From an uncultured Holophagales bacterium (GTDB taxonomy: Bacteria > Acidobacteriota > Thermoanaerobaculia > Multivoradales > UBA5704), in contig CAWJGT010000003.1 of NCBI GenBank assembly GCA_963842525.1, positions 1,056,001 to 1,120,000 of the forward strand: a stretch of DNA of 64,000 bases, in the 5' to 3' direction. Under the pieces are notes generated by a model. That model ran no database searches. It saw only the letters and a list, made by a program, of their open reading frames with translations, and was not told the origin of the DNA. The position numbers and the translations under genes were made by a program. Positions 9,719 to 22,278 of the stretch are shown one piece after another; within the stretch, counting starts at the first letter, position 1; the number at the start of each line of letters is the position of its first letter.

Positions 9719-10911
9719 GGCGCCTGCGGTGGAGTGGGAGGGGAGCAGTGCTGGCGCTGGCCTTGGTGCTCTGCGCGTTGAGCGCCGCGGCACCGGCCGA
9801 GGCGGGCGTCCAGGCCCGGATCGACAGCCCGCTGCCCGATCAGGCGATCTTCGGGCGGACGCAGGTCAAGGTATCCATCGTCGCCGGAGACCCGGTCGCC
9901 AAGATCGAGGTCTTCGTCAACGGCAAGCTGGTCGGCACGATGACCCAGCCGCCGTACGAGCTGACGTTCGATGCCGGCGGAGAGAACATCAAGCGCGAGT
10001 TCAAGGTGGTGGTCCATTCCACCCTGGGCGAGTCGGTGTCGGGCTCGGTCTTCACCCAGCCGGTGCAGATCGACGACGAGATGGAGCTGCGCCTGCAGCA
10101 GCTCTTCGTGACGGTGTCGCGCGGCAGCGAACGCGCGCTCGACCTCGACGAAGGGGACTTCCGGATCCTCGACAACGGCAAGGCACAGAAGATCGTCACC
10201 TTCGGCAAGGGCGAGCTGCCGCTGACCGCGGTCCTGCTCATGGACACCAGCGAGAGCATGAAAGGCGAGCGCCTGGAGGCGGCCCGCCGCGGGGTCGACG
10301 CCTTTCTCAAAGGCATGAAGCCGCTCGACGAGGCCATGCTGGTGCTGTTCTCCGACCGGCTGCTGCGGTCCACGCCGTTCGAGCAGGAACAGAAGGACCA
10401 GCTCGGCCGCGTCGTCACCGAGACCGAGGCCGCCGGGGGCACCGCGGTCAACGACTTCCTCTACATGTCGCTCAAGATGCTGGAGCCGCGGCTCGGCCGG
10501 CGGGTGGTGATCCTCCTTTCGGACGGCTCGGACGTGCACAGCGTGCTGCCGATGTCCGACGTGCTCTGGAAGGCGCGCACCAGCCAGGCGATGATCTATT
10601 GGATCCAGCTCGAAGGCGGCGCGAAGCACAAGTCGTACGCCTCGGCCTGGCGCGACGCCAAGGCCAACGACGAGGAGTATGCGGGCCTGGAGAAGGCGGT
10701 GCTGGAGAGCGGCGGGCGCATCCTGCCCATCGAAACGCCTGCCGGGATCGAAGGGGCCTTCCGCAACGTCCTCAAGGAGCTGCGCGAGCAGTACGTGATC
10801 GGCTACTACCCGATCGACGTCCGCAAGGACGGCCGCTGGCACGAGGTCAAGGTCGACGTCGGGCGCTTCGGCGTCCAGGTCCGCACCCGCGACGGGTATC
10901 TGGATTTCTGA
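9715..10911 (+). CDS. Ig-like + VWA (VWFA-related, acidobacterial type) protein
   Basis: MIDAS DTSESM, GGTAVND, ILLSDGSD, ELREQYVIGYYP and VRTRDGY. Confidence 0.85.
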   Translation: MRRLRWSGRGAVLALALVLCALSAAAPAEAGVQARIDSPLPDQAIFGRTQVKVSIVAGDPVAKIEVFVNGKLVGTMTQPPYELTFDAGGENIKREFKVVVHSTLGESVSGSVFTQPVQIDDEMELRLQQLFVTVSRGSERALDLDEGDFRILDNGKAQKIVTFGKGELPLTAVLLMDTSESMKGERLEAARRGVDAFLKGMKPLDEAMLVLFSDRLLRSTPFEQEQKDQLGRVVTETEAAGGTAVNDFLYMSLKMLEPRLGRRVVILLSDGSDVHSVLPMSDVLWKARTSQAMIYWIQLEGGAKHKSYASAWRDAKANDEEYAGLEKAVLESGGRILPIETPAGIEGAFRNVLKELREQYVIGYYPIDVRKDGRWHEVKVDVGRFGVQVRTRDGYLDF

Positions 10912-10923
10912 TCCCAGGAATAC

Positions 10924-10951
10924 GCAGGAGACGCCCTCCGGGGCGTCTCCG
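10924..10951. repeat. Short palindrome GGAGACGCCC-TCC-GGGGCGTCTCC (REP-like or terminator)
   Basis: Strong stem between convergent units. Confidence 0.55.
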
Positions 10952-10965
10952 TTCTCCATCCCCTC

Positions 10966-11420
10966 TCACCGGTCGCACTGCAAGAGATCCAGGCGCCCCC
11001 GGATCCTCTTCACGCCTTCGGCAAAAATCTCCTCGGGCACTGCGTAGGTGAGCCGGAAATAGCCCCGCATGCCGCAGTCGGTGCCGTTGACCACCGACAC
11101 CCCGAGGGGAAGCCCGGCCATTTCCAGCGACGAGGTTCGGATGGGCCTTCAGGACTTCCACCAGGTCCGCCAACTCGTCGCGGCTGTAGACGGCGCCCGT
11201 GGGGTTGTTCGGGTTCGTGAAGATCAACAGGCGGCTGCGCGACGTGATGGCCTCGTGGAGGAGCTTCGGCGTGAGCTTGAAGTTGTTCCCGGGAAAGGTG
11301 GGGATGTCCCTGGGCACCGCCCCGTTGAGCCGTACGATGGACGGGAACTGGAACCAGTACGGGGTCGGCAGGAGCACTTCCTCGCCGGGCGCGGCCAGCC
11401 TCGGTTTCTCATCGACCTTC
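10966..11420 (-). pseudogene. Class I/II PLP aminotransferase relic with internal deletion
   Basis: PGEEVLLPTPYW and NPNNPTGAVYS in one frame are joined near 11130 to a C-terminal GVSVVNG...YFRLTYA segment in another frame; the N-terminus and PLP-lysine region are missing. Confidence 0.8.
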
Positions 11421-11492
11421 CTCCTTTCCCCTACGCCCACAGGGGTTTTCGGTTGGACGAAACAGGCTTTCCGGCGATCGAAAGCCTTACAG

Positions 11493-13709
11493 TCAGGCAG
11501 GGTAGCTCAGCAGGAAAGCACGGTCAAGCCGCGGCGCCAGCACCAGCCCGGCCTCCTCGAGCACGGCGATTTCCGCGCCGGTGAAAGACGTGAGGCGCTT
11601 GTACAACGCGGCGAGCTCGCGTTCGACGACGGCGGGGTCGGCGCTCTCCAGCGAGCGGAGGAGGGACAACGCCGCCTCTTCGGCAGGGGAGGGCTCGAAG
11701 GGCTGCGGTTTTTCCCATCTTGCGGAGGCGACGGCCAGATACTTTCTGTGGAAGGCTTCGGGCGACGGCCGGTGGAAGTGGAGGATGGAGGGCCCGGCCA
11801 CGAGCTCCTCTCCCTGGGAGGCTTCCAGGTGCCACCCGTGCACCCCTGCGGCGGCCAAGCCGTGCGCCACGGCCACCGCCGACTTGCCGTTGTGGTATCC
11901 GATGAACCAGGGCCGCGGATCGGTCTGGCCCATCCGGAGGGCGGCGACGAGGGCCTGCCAGCCGGACGGTCCATGCCGGGTCACGGCGAGGCGGGGATTG
12001 ACCTTGAAGCGGGGTGGCGCGCCGGGCTGCCAGGGCAGGAGCAGCTCGTGGTTGATGTAGCGGACGAGGGAGAGGCCGGCCGCCGAAGCGGCGGCGAAGT
12101 GGTCGAGGAGAGTGGCGCCACCCCGGGCGTCGCCTTCGAGCCAGAACCATTCGTCGGCGTCGAGATGGAGGAGCCAGGTGAGAGGCGCACCGCCCAGCTC
12201 TCCGGTCCTGGCGGCTGCGAGCGCCGCGCTGGCGTTCAAGGCTTGGCGCGAGGCGTGGGCGAAGGAAGCTGCGCCGGCCTCGGCCCATTCAAGGAGCTGG
12301 TCGCGCTCCGGGAACGGCGGAAGCTCGGGCCAGCGCGCGGCTTGGGCCTCGGCGCCGGACCACAGGGTCAGCCGCTCCTCGGAATAACGGGCCCGCAACC
12401 GCGTCGCGTCGGCCGCCTCGGCCGGCTCGTCCAGGTGATCGAAGACGAGCACGGCATGGTCGAAGCCCAGGCCGAAGTGGTGCTCACACCACGCGTCCAG
12501 CCCTGCGCCGCCGCGGTAGACAGTAGTCACGAGGCCGACCCGCGGGCGGGCTGCGCTCTTGCGCCGAGCCATGATTTTTCCGTCCGAGCCGCTCAGCTCG
12601 TGGACTAGGAGGACGTCAGGAGGGAGGGGCGGATTGGGGATCGCCTGAAGCGCATCCGTCACCGTCAGCGCGGGGATCGAGGTGTCCTCGCGAGGCCGGC
12701 CATCCTGGAGCCACAGCACCAGAGACCAGCGGGGTGGGCCCGGCTGCAAAGGCTTCACCTGGTGGGGCACGGCTCGGGCGTCGAAGAGGACTGCCGAGCC
12801 GCCCCGCGGCGGCAGCACAATGTCCGGCGGGTTCGTGATGCGGACGCCCGGCGGCCAGAGAGCAATCTCGCCGCCCACGCACTCGCTGCCGGGAGGATTG
12901 AGGTAGAGGATGAAGGCGAAGGCCCGCCCGTTGTCCACGGGACCGCCCGGGTTGTCGAGGTGAGGCCGGTAGCCTACGGACGGCGCCGGATAGCGGGCCA
13001 ACATGGCCGTGGCAGGCGCCTGGAGGACGCGGTCCGGGATCGATTCCGCAAGGTGCGTGGCAAACCGGCCGAGCAGCCATTGGAGAAGGACGGCCAGCCG
13101 CGCCGCCGCCGCGAGGAGAGCCGGCTCGAGGCCCGAGAGGTAGGCGACCTCGTCCGACCGTTGCGGCGCCCGCTGGCCGTCCGCGCCGATGCCTCCATAC
13201 TCCAGCCCCAGCCGCCCTCCGGCATGGGCCTCCTCGATCTCCTGGGCGATCTCGACCAGGGCCTCTGGGGCGACGAGCTGTGGGTAGACGTGCCAGGGGG
13301 ACGAGGCTTCGGCCGCGGAAGGCTTCAGAGTTTCGTCGAGCCCAGCCCACAGCTCCTCGGCAGGCGTTGGAGGCGGGAGCGGCGACCACCACAGAGGCTG
13401 GTCCGGATGCCAGGCGCCCGCCTCACGAAGCTCCGTTTCGAGCCGCGCGAGACGCTGCCTCAGCTCGACGGGTGTGCTCCAGGCCAAGGCGCCGATCTCG
13501 GCCATCCGCTGCGCTAAGCCGAGCAGGGCCGCCGGGCTTGGAGCGGTTGCCACGCCTGCTGGCCCCTGCCGGACCAGGAGAGCCAGCTCATAGGCGAAGG
13601 CGAGGTGCAGATCGTCCGGGCCGGCCTGCCGGAGCATTTCGTCCGGAGCGTCCGGCGCGGCCATGGAGCGCTCCAGGAAGGGGAGGAGGTGGGATGGATT
13701 CTGCGGCAT
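11493..13709 (-). CDS. Fusion of EGLN/PHD-like 2OG-Fe(II) oxygenase and GT-A glycosyltransferase (GT2/GT92-like)
   Basis: MLARYP, YRPHLDNP, GRAFAFILYLN, PHQV and RWSLVLW; then LDAWCEHH..LGFD, WLLHLDADE, GKSAV and ILHF. Confidence 0.8.
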   Translation of the reverse strand: MPQNPSHLLPFLERSMAAPDAPDEMLRQAGPDDLHLAFAYELALLVRQGPAGVATAPSPAALLGLAQRMAEIGALAWSTPVELRQRLARLETELREAGAWHPDQPLWWSPLPPPTPAEELWAGLDETLKPSAAEASSPWHVYPQLVAPEALVEIAQEIEEAHAGGRLGLEYGGIGADGQRAPQRSDEVAYLSGLEPALLAAAARLAVLLQWLLGRFATHLAESIPDRVLQAPATAMLARYPAPSVGYRPHLDNPGGPVDNGRAFAFILYLNPPGSECVGGEIALWPPGVRITNPPDIVLPPRGGSAVLFDARAVPHQVKPLQPGPPRWSLVLWLQDGRPREDTSIPALTVTDALQAIPNPPLPPDVLLVHELSGSDGKIMARRKSAARPRVGLVTTVYRGGAGLDAWCEHHFGLGFDHAVLVFDHLDEPAEAADATRLRARYSEERLTLWSGAEAQAARWPELPPFPERDQLLEWAEAGAASFAHASRQALNASAALAAARTGELGGAPLTWLLHLDADEWFWLEGDARGGATLLDHFAAASAAGLSLVRYINHELLLPWQPGAPPRFKVNPRLAVTRHGPSGWQALVAALRMGQTDPRPWFIGYHNGKSAVAVAHGLAAAGVHGWHLEASQGEELVAGPSILHFHRPSPEAFHRKYLAVASARWEKPQPFEPSPAEEAALSLLRSLESADPAVVERELAALYKRLTSFTGAEIAVLEEAGLVLAPRLDRAFLLSYPA

Positions 13710-13862
13710 CTCTCTTCCTAACGACAGGCGGCGATGGGGGCGGATTGTAGCCGAAGCACGGGTGAGGGGCGCCCGCGAGATCGCGAGTCTTCCTGAGAAC
13801 GTTCGCCGCCACCCGGGAAAAAATCGTCACCAACCGCGACGCCCTGTGATACGCTCTCCTTG

Positions 13863-14318
13863 ATGCACAAGCAGGCTGACATCGCTGTCTACAGCCGGGA
13901 CCGGAGCCTTCAGCTCGTCATCGAGGTGAGGAATGGCTACGGCGACAGCCCGGAATGGGCCCGCGAGGTGCGGCAGATGCTTCTGTCGAACGAAGCGGTT
14001 CCGTCGAGCCCCTATTTCCTCATGGCCCTGACAAACCAGCTCTATCTCTGGACGCCCACGACGCGAAACGACTACGGCGCTCTCCCCGAGCACGCGATCG
14101 ACACCTTGGCGGCTCTGGCAGCCTACATCGGCTGGCTCGAACGACCTCTTGAAACCCTGGGCAAAGAGGCGTTCGAGTCCGTGATCGCCTCCTGGATCCA
14201 GGATCTCATGTATGCCGATCCGAGCCGGCGGGCCGATCCAAGCTTGAGCTGGTTTTTCGATTCCGGCCTGTACTCTGCGATCCAGCGCGGCGGATTGGAG
14301 GTCGAGCTCGTGGTATGA
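13863..14318 (+). CDS. Hypothetical protein with restriction-endonuclease-like D...EVR motif
   Basis: ADIAVYSRDRSLQLVIEVRN; translationally coupled to the downstream PIN gene. Confidence 0.6.
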   Translation: MHKQADIAVYSRDRSLQLVIEVRNGYGDSPEWAREVRQMLLSNEAVPSSPYFLMALTNQLYLWTPTTRNDYGALPEHAIDTLAALAAYIGWLERPLETLGKEAFESVIASWIQDLMYADPSRRADPSLSWFFDSGLYSAIQRGGLEVELVV

Positions 14319-14920
14319 GGGTCTATGTCGAGACGAATTTCGTCCTCGAGATGGCTCTCCTTCGCTCCGACTCCAATTCGTGCGGAGGACTGGTCCGGTT
14401 GGCCGAGAGCCGCAGAATCGCGCTGGTGTTCCCCGCCTTCAGCATCGGAGAGAGCTACGAGGCGCTGAGTCGCAGGACCGGACAGAGGCGCCAATTGGGG
14501 CGGATGCTCAGATCCGAAGTCTTGGAGCTGTCTCGATCTCAACCCTATTCGTCTGCACCCCAGGAATTTGCGGCGCCTCTGGCTTGGTTGCACCGCTGCG
14601 GCAACGAAGAGAGAGTCCGGCTGGAGGATACCCTGGCCAGCTTCCTCGAGGTCGTGCAGGTCATCCCGATCGGGCCCCACACGGTCCGAGCCGCAGCCAT
14701 GTTCCAAATGAGTCGTAAGCTGTCCTCCCAGGATTCCATGGTCTATGCGTCGGTCCTGGATCACCTTGCGAACAGCCCGGAGGAGGAGGGCCATTGCTTC
14801 GTCACCCAGGACTCCAAAGGCTTCTTCAACCCCATGGTCCAGTCGGATCTGGCTTCTCTGGGTTGCAGACTCTTCACGCGCTTCCGCGATACTCTGGGCT
14901 ACGCTCACAGCCGTCTCTGA
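14315..14920 (+). CDS. PIN-domain protein
   Basis: VYVETNFVLE, QDSMVYASV and FVTQDSKGF acidic PIN motifs. Confidence 0.75.
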   Translation: MRVYVETNFVLEMALLRSDSNSCGGLVRLAESRRIALVFPAFSIGESYEALSRRTGQRRQLGRMLRSEVLELSRSQPYSSAPQEFAAPLAWLHRCGNEERVRLEDTLASFLEVVQVIPIGPHTVRAAAMFQMSRKLSSQDSMVYASVLDHLANSPEEEGHCFVTQDSKGFFNPMVQSDLASLGCRLFTRFRDTLGYAHSRL

Positions 14921-14959
14921 CCGCGTGCCGTCTACCCTCTGCTAGGATTCCCGGTCCTT

Positions 14960-17830
<2,871 letters not shown>

Positions 17831-17845
17831 GAGAGGTCAGGGAGG

Positions 17846-18058
17846 ATGACGATGAGAGTTGAGTACTTCGAGGACACCGACACGCTTCAGATCACTTTCA
17901 ACGAAGGAAAGGTGGCCGATAGCCGCGACCTCGACGAGAACACCCTCATCGAGGTCGATGCGGAAGGTCAGTTGGTGACGATCACCATCGGGCACGCCCA
18001 GGAGCGCACCGACCTGGAAAGCTTCCTCTTCCAGAAGCACCGCAGCGTCGCTGCTTGA
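17846..18058 (+). CDS. DUF2283-like small protein (antitoxin-type, no adjacent toxin)
   Basis: VEYFEDTDTLQI...DAEGQLVTITI pattern; RBS GGGAGG. Confidence 0.7.
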   Translation: MTMRVEYFEDTDTLQITFNEGKVADSRDLDENTLIEVDAEGQLVTITIGHAQERTDLESFLFQKHRSVAA

Positions 18059-18253
18059 TGGTATCAAGGAGCTCGGCCCGACTCACGCCACAAGCTCCGC
18101 AACGCGACCTTGAGAGCCGCGATCCTCGGCATGCCAGATGACCGCCGCTGCCAAGCGCATCCTGGCGCCTCAGGGCAGCCCATTGCCAGCTCATTGCCTT
18201 CGAGATATAATTCAAAACATACAAGCGCGATATTCGCCAGACCGGGAGGAAAG

Positions 18254-19834
18254 ATGCGCGGACTCAGACCGTCGCGGTGGCCTGTTCTATGGCTGTTTGC
18301 GGTGCTCTTCGTTGCCGGCTCGGCTCATGCCGAGGATCTCTTCCGCATTGAGGGAGGACCGCTCAGCCGGGGCAGCTTCCATGACCACGACGCCATCGTC
18401 GAGGCGCGTGCCATTCAAATCGACGGATCGCAGCTTGCGGCGGGGCAGGAGACGGTCCGCTTCGAGCTGTTCAAGGGGACCCGCTACGAGGTGGTGTTGA
18501 GCGGCCTCGAACGCCGCGGGCCGTTCGACGTCACCTGGCGCGGCTGGCTGGGCCCGGCGGGCGGAGACCGCGTGGTGCTCACCTTCCAGGATTCCCATGT
18601 CGCGGGAATGGTGTTCTCTCCCGAAGGCGTCTTCGAGATCGCTCCGCTGGCCGGCGGCGGGCACCGGCTTGCCAGGATCGACCAGTCCAGGTTCCCGCCG
18701 TGCGGGGGCGACCCCACGCCGCCAGGTGACCAGTCGCTCTCCAGCGACGCAGCCCCTGCCGCAGCCCTGGACTCCGCAGATCAGATCGACGTGCTGATCG
18801 CCTACACCCCGCAGGCACGCACCGGGGCCGGCGGCACTGCTGCCATCCGGACGACCGCCCAGAACGCTATGGACATGGCGAACACCGCGTTCATCGACAG
18901 CGGCATGGTGGCGCGCTTCGTGCTCGTCTCGACGATGCTGGCAAACCGGAACGACTCGGGCAACATCTCGGCGGATCTGAGCTGGCTCACGACGGACCCC
19001 GCGATCGCGGCGGCCCGCGATGTGGTTCGCGCCGACATGGTCAGTCTGCTCGTGGAGAACGGCGCAGGGGCTTGCGGGGTCGGCTGGGTCATGAGAAACC
19101 CTGGCGCCTCGTTCGCAAGCAACGCCTTTCAGGTGACGGCACGGTCCTGCGCCGTGGGCAACCTCAGCTATGCCCATGAGCACGGCCACAATATGGGCAT
19201 GGAGCACAACCCGGAGAATGGCGTTTCACCGAGCAGTGCCGCCTCCTACCCCTGGTCATTCGGCCACTATGTCAATGGCGTGTTCCGTACGGTGATGTCC
19301 TACGTGGACCCGTGCCCCAGTGGCTGCACCCGCGTCGCCCGCTTTTCCAACCCCAACCTCACCTTTGCCGGATTCCCGACCGGGATCGCCGATCAGCGGG
19401 ATAACCACCGCACCGGTGACCTCACGGCTCCGATCGTCGCCAATTTCAGGCAGCGCACGCTGGGTGGCTTCTTCACGCTCACGCCTTGCCGATTGCTGGA
19501 TACCCGGCAGGTGGGGCAGGGGCCGGCGTTGATCTCAGGCGTTCCACGGACACTCACCACGGTTGGGCAATGTGGCATTCCGGCGACGGCCGCGGCTCTG
19601 GCCGTCAACGTGACGGTGACGGGGCCGGCGGGCACCGGCTCCCTGGCGTTCCAGCCCGGGAACCCCTCGCCGGCCACAACGACCACGATCAACTTCGCGA
19701 CCGGTCAGACGCGTGCCAACAACACCGTCCTGGCCTTGGGAGCCCCAGGCACCGGGACCTTCACGATCCAACCCACTGTGCAGGGCGGCGGCACGGTGCA
19801 CGTGATCGTGGACGTGTTCGGATACTTCGACTGA
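18254..19834 (+). CDS. Secreted M12/reprolysin-like zinc metallopeptidase with C-terminal beta domain
   Basis: Signal peptide, HEHGHNMGMEH zinc motif, TVMSY Met-turn and TLTPCRLLDTR...DVFGYF tail. Confidence 0.88.
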   Translation: MRGLRPSRWPVLWLFAVLFVAGSAHAEDLFRIEGGPLSRGSFHDHDAIVEARAIQIDGSQLAAGQETVRFELFKGTRYEVVLSGLERRGPFDVTWRGWLGPAGGDRVVLTFQDSHVAGMVFSPEGVFEIAPLAGGGHRLARIDQSRFPPCGGDPTPPGDQSLSSDAAPAAALDSADQIDVLIAYTPQARTGAGGTAAIRTTAQNAMDMANTAFIDSGMVARFVLVSTMLANRNDSGNISADLSWLTTDPAIAAARDVVRADMVSLLVENGAGACGVGWVMRNPGASFASNAFQVTARSCAVGNLSYAHEHGHNMGMEHNPENGVSPSSAASYPWSFGHYVNGVFRTVMSYVDPCPSGCTRVARFSNPNLTFAGFPTGIADQRDNHRTGDLTAPIVANFRQRTLGGFFTLTPCRLLDTRQVGQGPALISGVPRTLTTVGQCGIPATAAALAVNVTVTGPAGTGSLAFQPGNPSPATTTTINFATGQTRANNTVLALGAPGTGTFTIQPTVQGGGTVHVIVDVFGYFD

Positions 19835-19908
19835 GGGCTGGCTTGCTCGGCGGCTCGCGGGCATCCCCGGGCCGCCGTGTGCTGGAACCTCCCGTAGGAT
19901 AGAGGGCC

Positions 19909-21384
19909 ATGGCCCGCCCCGATGCCAACCTCGCCGAGAAGCGGCGCATCCTCCAGCTCGAGACTCTGTACGACCTGGCGATCGCGTTCCACGCGCAACG
20001 GCCGGAACAGGAGCTGGTCGACGAGCTGCTGCTGCGGGTCTGCGCCGTGCTCGACCCGGCCGCGGCGGTGGCGGCCACCCGCGACGCCTATGGCGGGGTG
20101 CGGGCGATGGCGACGGTCGGCTGGCTCGAGGACCCTCCCACCGGCGAGGCCCTCCTCAATGCCCCGATCTGGCGCGAGCTGCTCGTCGAAGGGCACACCC
20201 TCTCGCGCTCGCGTGGCGAGCTCGGCGGCCGGCCCTACGAGCAGCTCCTCGCGGCGCCTCTCGCCTACCGCGGGGTCTTCCTCGGCTATATCGCCGTGCT
20301 CGACAAGGAGGTCCGCGGCGACGCCAATTCCGCCTTCACCCCGGACGACCGGCGGTTCCTCGACTCGGTCGCGGCACTGACCGGCGTGGCCCTGGACGCC
20401 GCCCGCCAGGTGGAGCGCCTGGAGACCCAGCGCGAGCGGCTGGAGGAGGAGAACAAGGCCCTGAAGGGACGCTTTGCCGGCGAGGTCGCGGGGCGCCGCA
20501 TCGTGGCCCACGATCCGGCCATGCGGCGGGTGCTCGACCTCGCCGAGCGGGTGGCGCCGCGCGGCGTCAACGTCCTGGTGCGGGGGGAGAGCGGCACCGG
20601 CAAGGAGCTGATCGCCAAGCTCCTCCACCACCTGTCCGGCCGCGAGGGGGCGCTCATCGCCGTCAATTGTGCGGCATTGCCTGAGTCGCTCCTCGAAAGC
20701 GAGCTCTTCGGCATCGAGGGCGGGGTCGCCACCGGCGTCCAGGCGCGGCCGGGCAAGTTCGAGCTGGCCGACCGCGGCACCCTCTTCCTGGACGAGATCG
20801 GCGACATGCAGACCTCCCTCCAGGTCAGGCTCCTGCGCACGCTCCAGGAGCGCGAGGTGACCCGCGTCGGCGGCCGGCGGCCGATCCCGGTCGACGTCCG
20901 GCTGGTGGCCGCGACCCACCAGGACCTCGAGACCCTGGTCGCCGAGGCGCGGTTTCGCGAGGATCTCTATTACCGCCTGAAGGGGGTGGAGATCGACCTG
21001 CCGCCGCTGCGCGAGCGCCGGCAGGACATCCCGCACCTGGTGCGCTTCTTCACCGAGGAGTTCTGCCGCCGGGAGGGGATCCCGGTGCCGCAGATCCGTT
21101 CCGAGGCCCTGGCGCTCCTCCTGGGCCACGATTTCCCGGGGAACGTCCGCGAGCTCCAGAACCTGGTGGAGGGAGCGGTCTCCCTCGCCGAGAAGGAGGT
21201 CGACGCCGGCCTGGTCCGCTCGCTCCTCGGCACTCCGTCCCAGACCTCGCCCGAGCCGCTCGATCTGGAGGCCATGGAGAGGCGCCACATCCAGCGCATC
21301 CTCAAGCTCACCGCCGGCAACAAGAGCGAGGCCGCCAAGATCCTCGGCGTCGACCGCAAGACTTTGCAGCGCAAGGGGTTCTAA
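19909..21384 (+). CDS. GAF-domain sigma-54 enhancer-binding protein (Fis HTH)
   Basis: GESGTGKE, ESELFG, GVATGV (GAFTGA variant), FLDEIG, FPGNVREL and C-terminal HTH. Confidence 0.92.
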   Translation: MARPDANLAEKRRILQLETLYDLAIAFHAQRPEQELVDELLLRVCAVLDPAAAVAATRDAYGGVRAMATVGWLEDPPTGEALLNAPIWRELLVEGHTLSRSRGELGGRPYEQLLAAPLAYRGVFLGYIAVLDKEVRGDANSAFTPDDRRFLDSVAALTGVALDAARQVERLETQRERLEEENKALKGRFAGEVAGRRIVAHDPAMRRVLDLAERVAPRGVNVLVRGESGTGKELIAKLLHHLSGREGALIAVNCAALPESLLESELFGIEGGVATGVQARPGKFELADRGTLFLDEIGDMQTSLQVRLLRTLQEREVTRVGGRRPIPVDVRLVAATHQDLETLVAEARFREDLYYRLKGVEIDLPPLRERRQDIPHLVRFFTEEFCRREGIPVPQIRSEALALLLGHDFPGNVRELQNLVEGAVSLAEKEVDAGLVRSLLGTPSQTSPEPLDLEAMERRHIQRILKLTAGNKSEAAKILGVDRKTLQRKGF

Positions 21385-21455
21385 GGAGTGAGGGTTGTCC
21401 TCACTCCTGTCCTTTCCGTCTGAAAAAGAAGGGCAGTTTTGAAAGGAGATTCGAG

Positions 21456-21662
21456 ATGAAGAGAAAGCTTGGACTCGGATTGTTCGCCCTGATCCTGGCC
21501 GTTCTGGCCTCACTTCCCGTAGCAGCTCTCCCGACGGCCTGCAGTTGCGACCTCTGCACGAACGCACAACCCAACGCCAGGTGCACCTACTACGGTCAGG
21601 TGTGGACCTGCGACGACTACGAGTACTATATCTGCTACCTGCAGGGCGCAAATCCGACGTGA
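21456..21662 (+). CDS. Small secreted Cys-rich peptide (6 Cys)
   Basis: RBS AAGGAG, signal peptide ending VAA, Cys/Tyr-rich mature part. Confidence 0.75.
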   Translation: MKRKLGLGLFALILAVLASLPVAALPTACSCDLCTNAQPNARCTYYGQVWTCDDYEYYICYLQGANPT

Positions 21663-21676
21663 CGTTCACAGCAGGC

Positions 21677-21717
21677 TGGAGATGGGGACGGGGCGAAACA
21701 CCGTCTCCCATCTTCCC
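21677..21717. terminator. Hairpin between convergent peptide genes
   Basis: GGAGATGGGGACGG...CCGTCTCCCATCTTCC inverted repeat. Confidence 0.6.
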
Positions 21718-21719
21718 CC

Positions 21720-21974
21720 TCAGCAGTTCGGGCAGCCGTTGACGAAGACGTAGTACGGGGTCTCCTCACCCCAGCAGTAGTAGCAGCTTTCGTATCCCAC
21801 GAGCACGGAGTGGGCCCCGTTGTTGTAGTAGTAGATCTCGACCCACTGCCCGTAGGTGCAGTTGCAGGACACGGGCTGCGCCTCCACCGTCCTCGCGGCG
21901 AGGACGGCCACCGCCAGCACGGCAGCCAGGGCCACCTGACGGAACATCCGACCGCTCTTCCTCAGTCCAGACAT
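21720..21974 (-). CDS. Small secreted Cys-rich peptide (6 Cys; DUF6289-like YY...VG...WG pattern)
   Basis: RBS AAGGAGG, signal peptide ending VEA, IYYYNNGAHSVLVGYESC..CWGEETPY. Confidence 0.75.
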   Translation of the reverse strand: MSGLRKSGRMFRQVALAAVLAVAVLAARTVEAQPVSCNCTYGQWVEIYYYNNGAHSVLVGYESCYYCWGEETPYYVFVNGCPNC

Positions 21975-22048
21975 GTGCTTTTCCTCCTTGGGGGTTCATC
22001 GATCCGCCCGGCATGTTGTAGCACGTGCGGAGAAGGTCCGAAATACTT

Positions 22049-22190
22049 GCGGCAATATGCCCCATACGGGACATTTCACCCCATGCCCCTCTGGAACCGA
22101 GGCGGATTGGGCGTTTCCCCAGAGTGTTCGGTACGAGATGGAGCCGGCTTGGGGCATTTTGTCGCGACACGGGGTGCGGCAGTCTGTCCC
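22049..22190. promoter_or_regulatory. Four imperfect palindromes GSGRCA-N3-TGYCSC (putative upstream activating sequences)
   Basis: Copies at 22049, 22068 (degenerate), 22151 and 22176. Confidence 0.55.
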
Positions 22191-22263
22191 CCTTTTTGGA
22201 GACGACGTCGTAAGTCTATACAGACGAGGGAGTTAGCGATATCCTCGCGGGCGGACCCGGAGC

Positions 22264-22278
22264 TGGCAACGGGCTTGC
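22264..22278 (+). promoter_or_regulatory. Putative sigma-54 -24/-12 promoter
   Basis: TGGCAACGGGCTTGC has exact GG-N10-GC spacing; lies upstream of the rsbW-like operon. Confidence 0.6.

Noticed and set aside
14921-14959. LexA/SOS box upstream of uvrA
   Set aside because: No convincing palindrome or direct repeat is visible.
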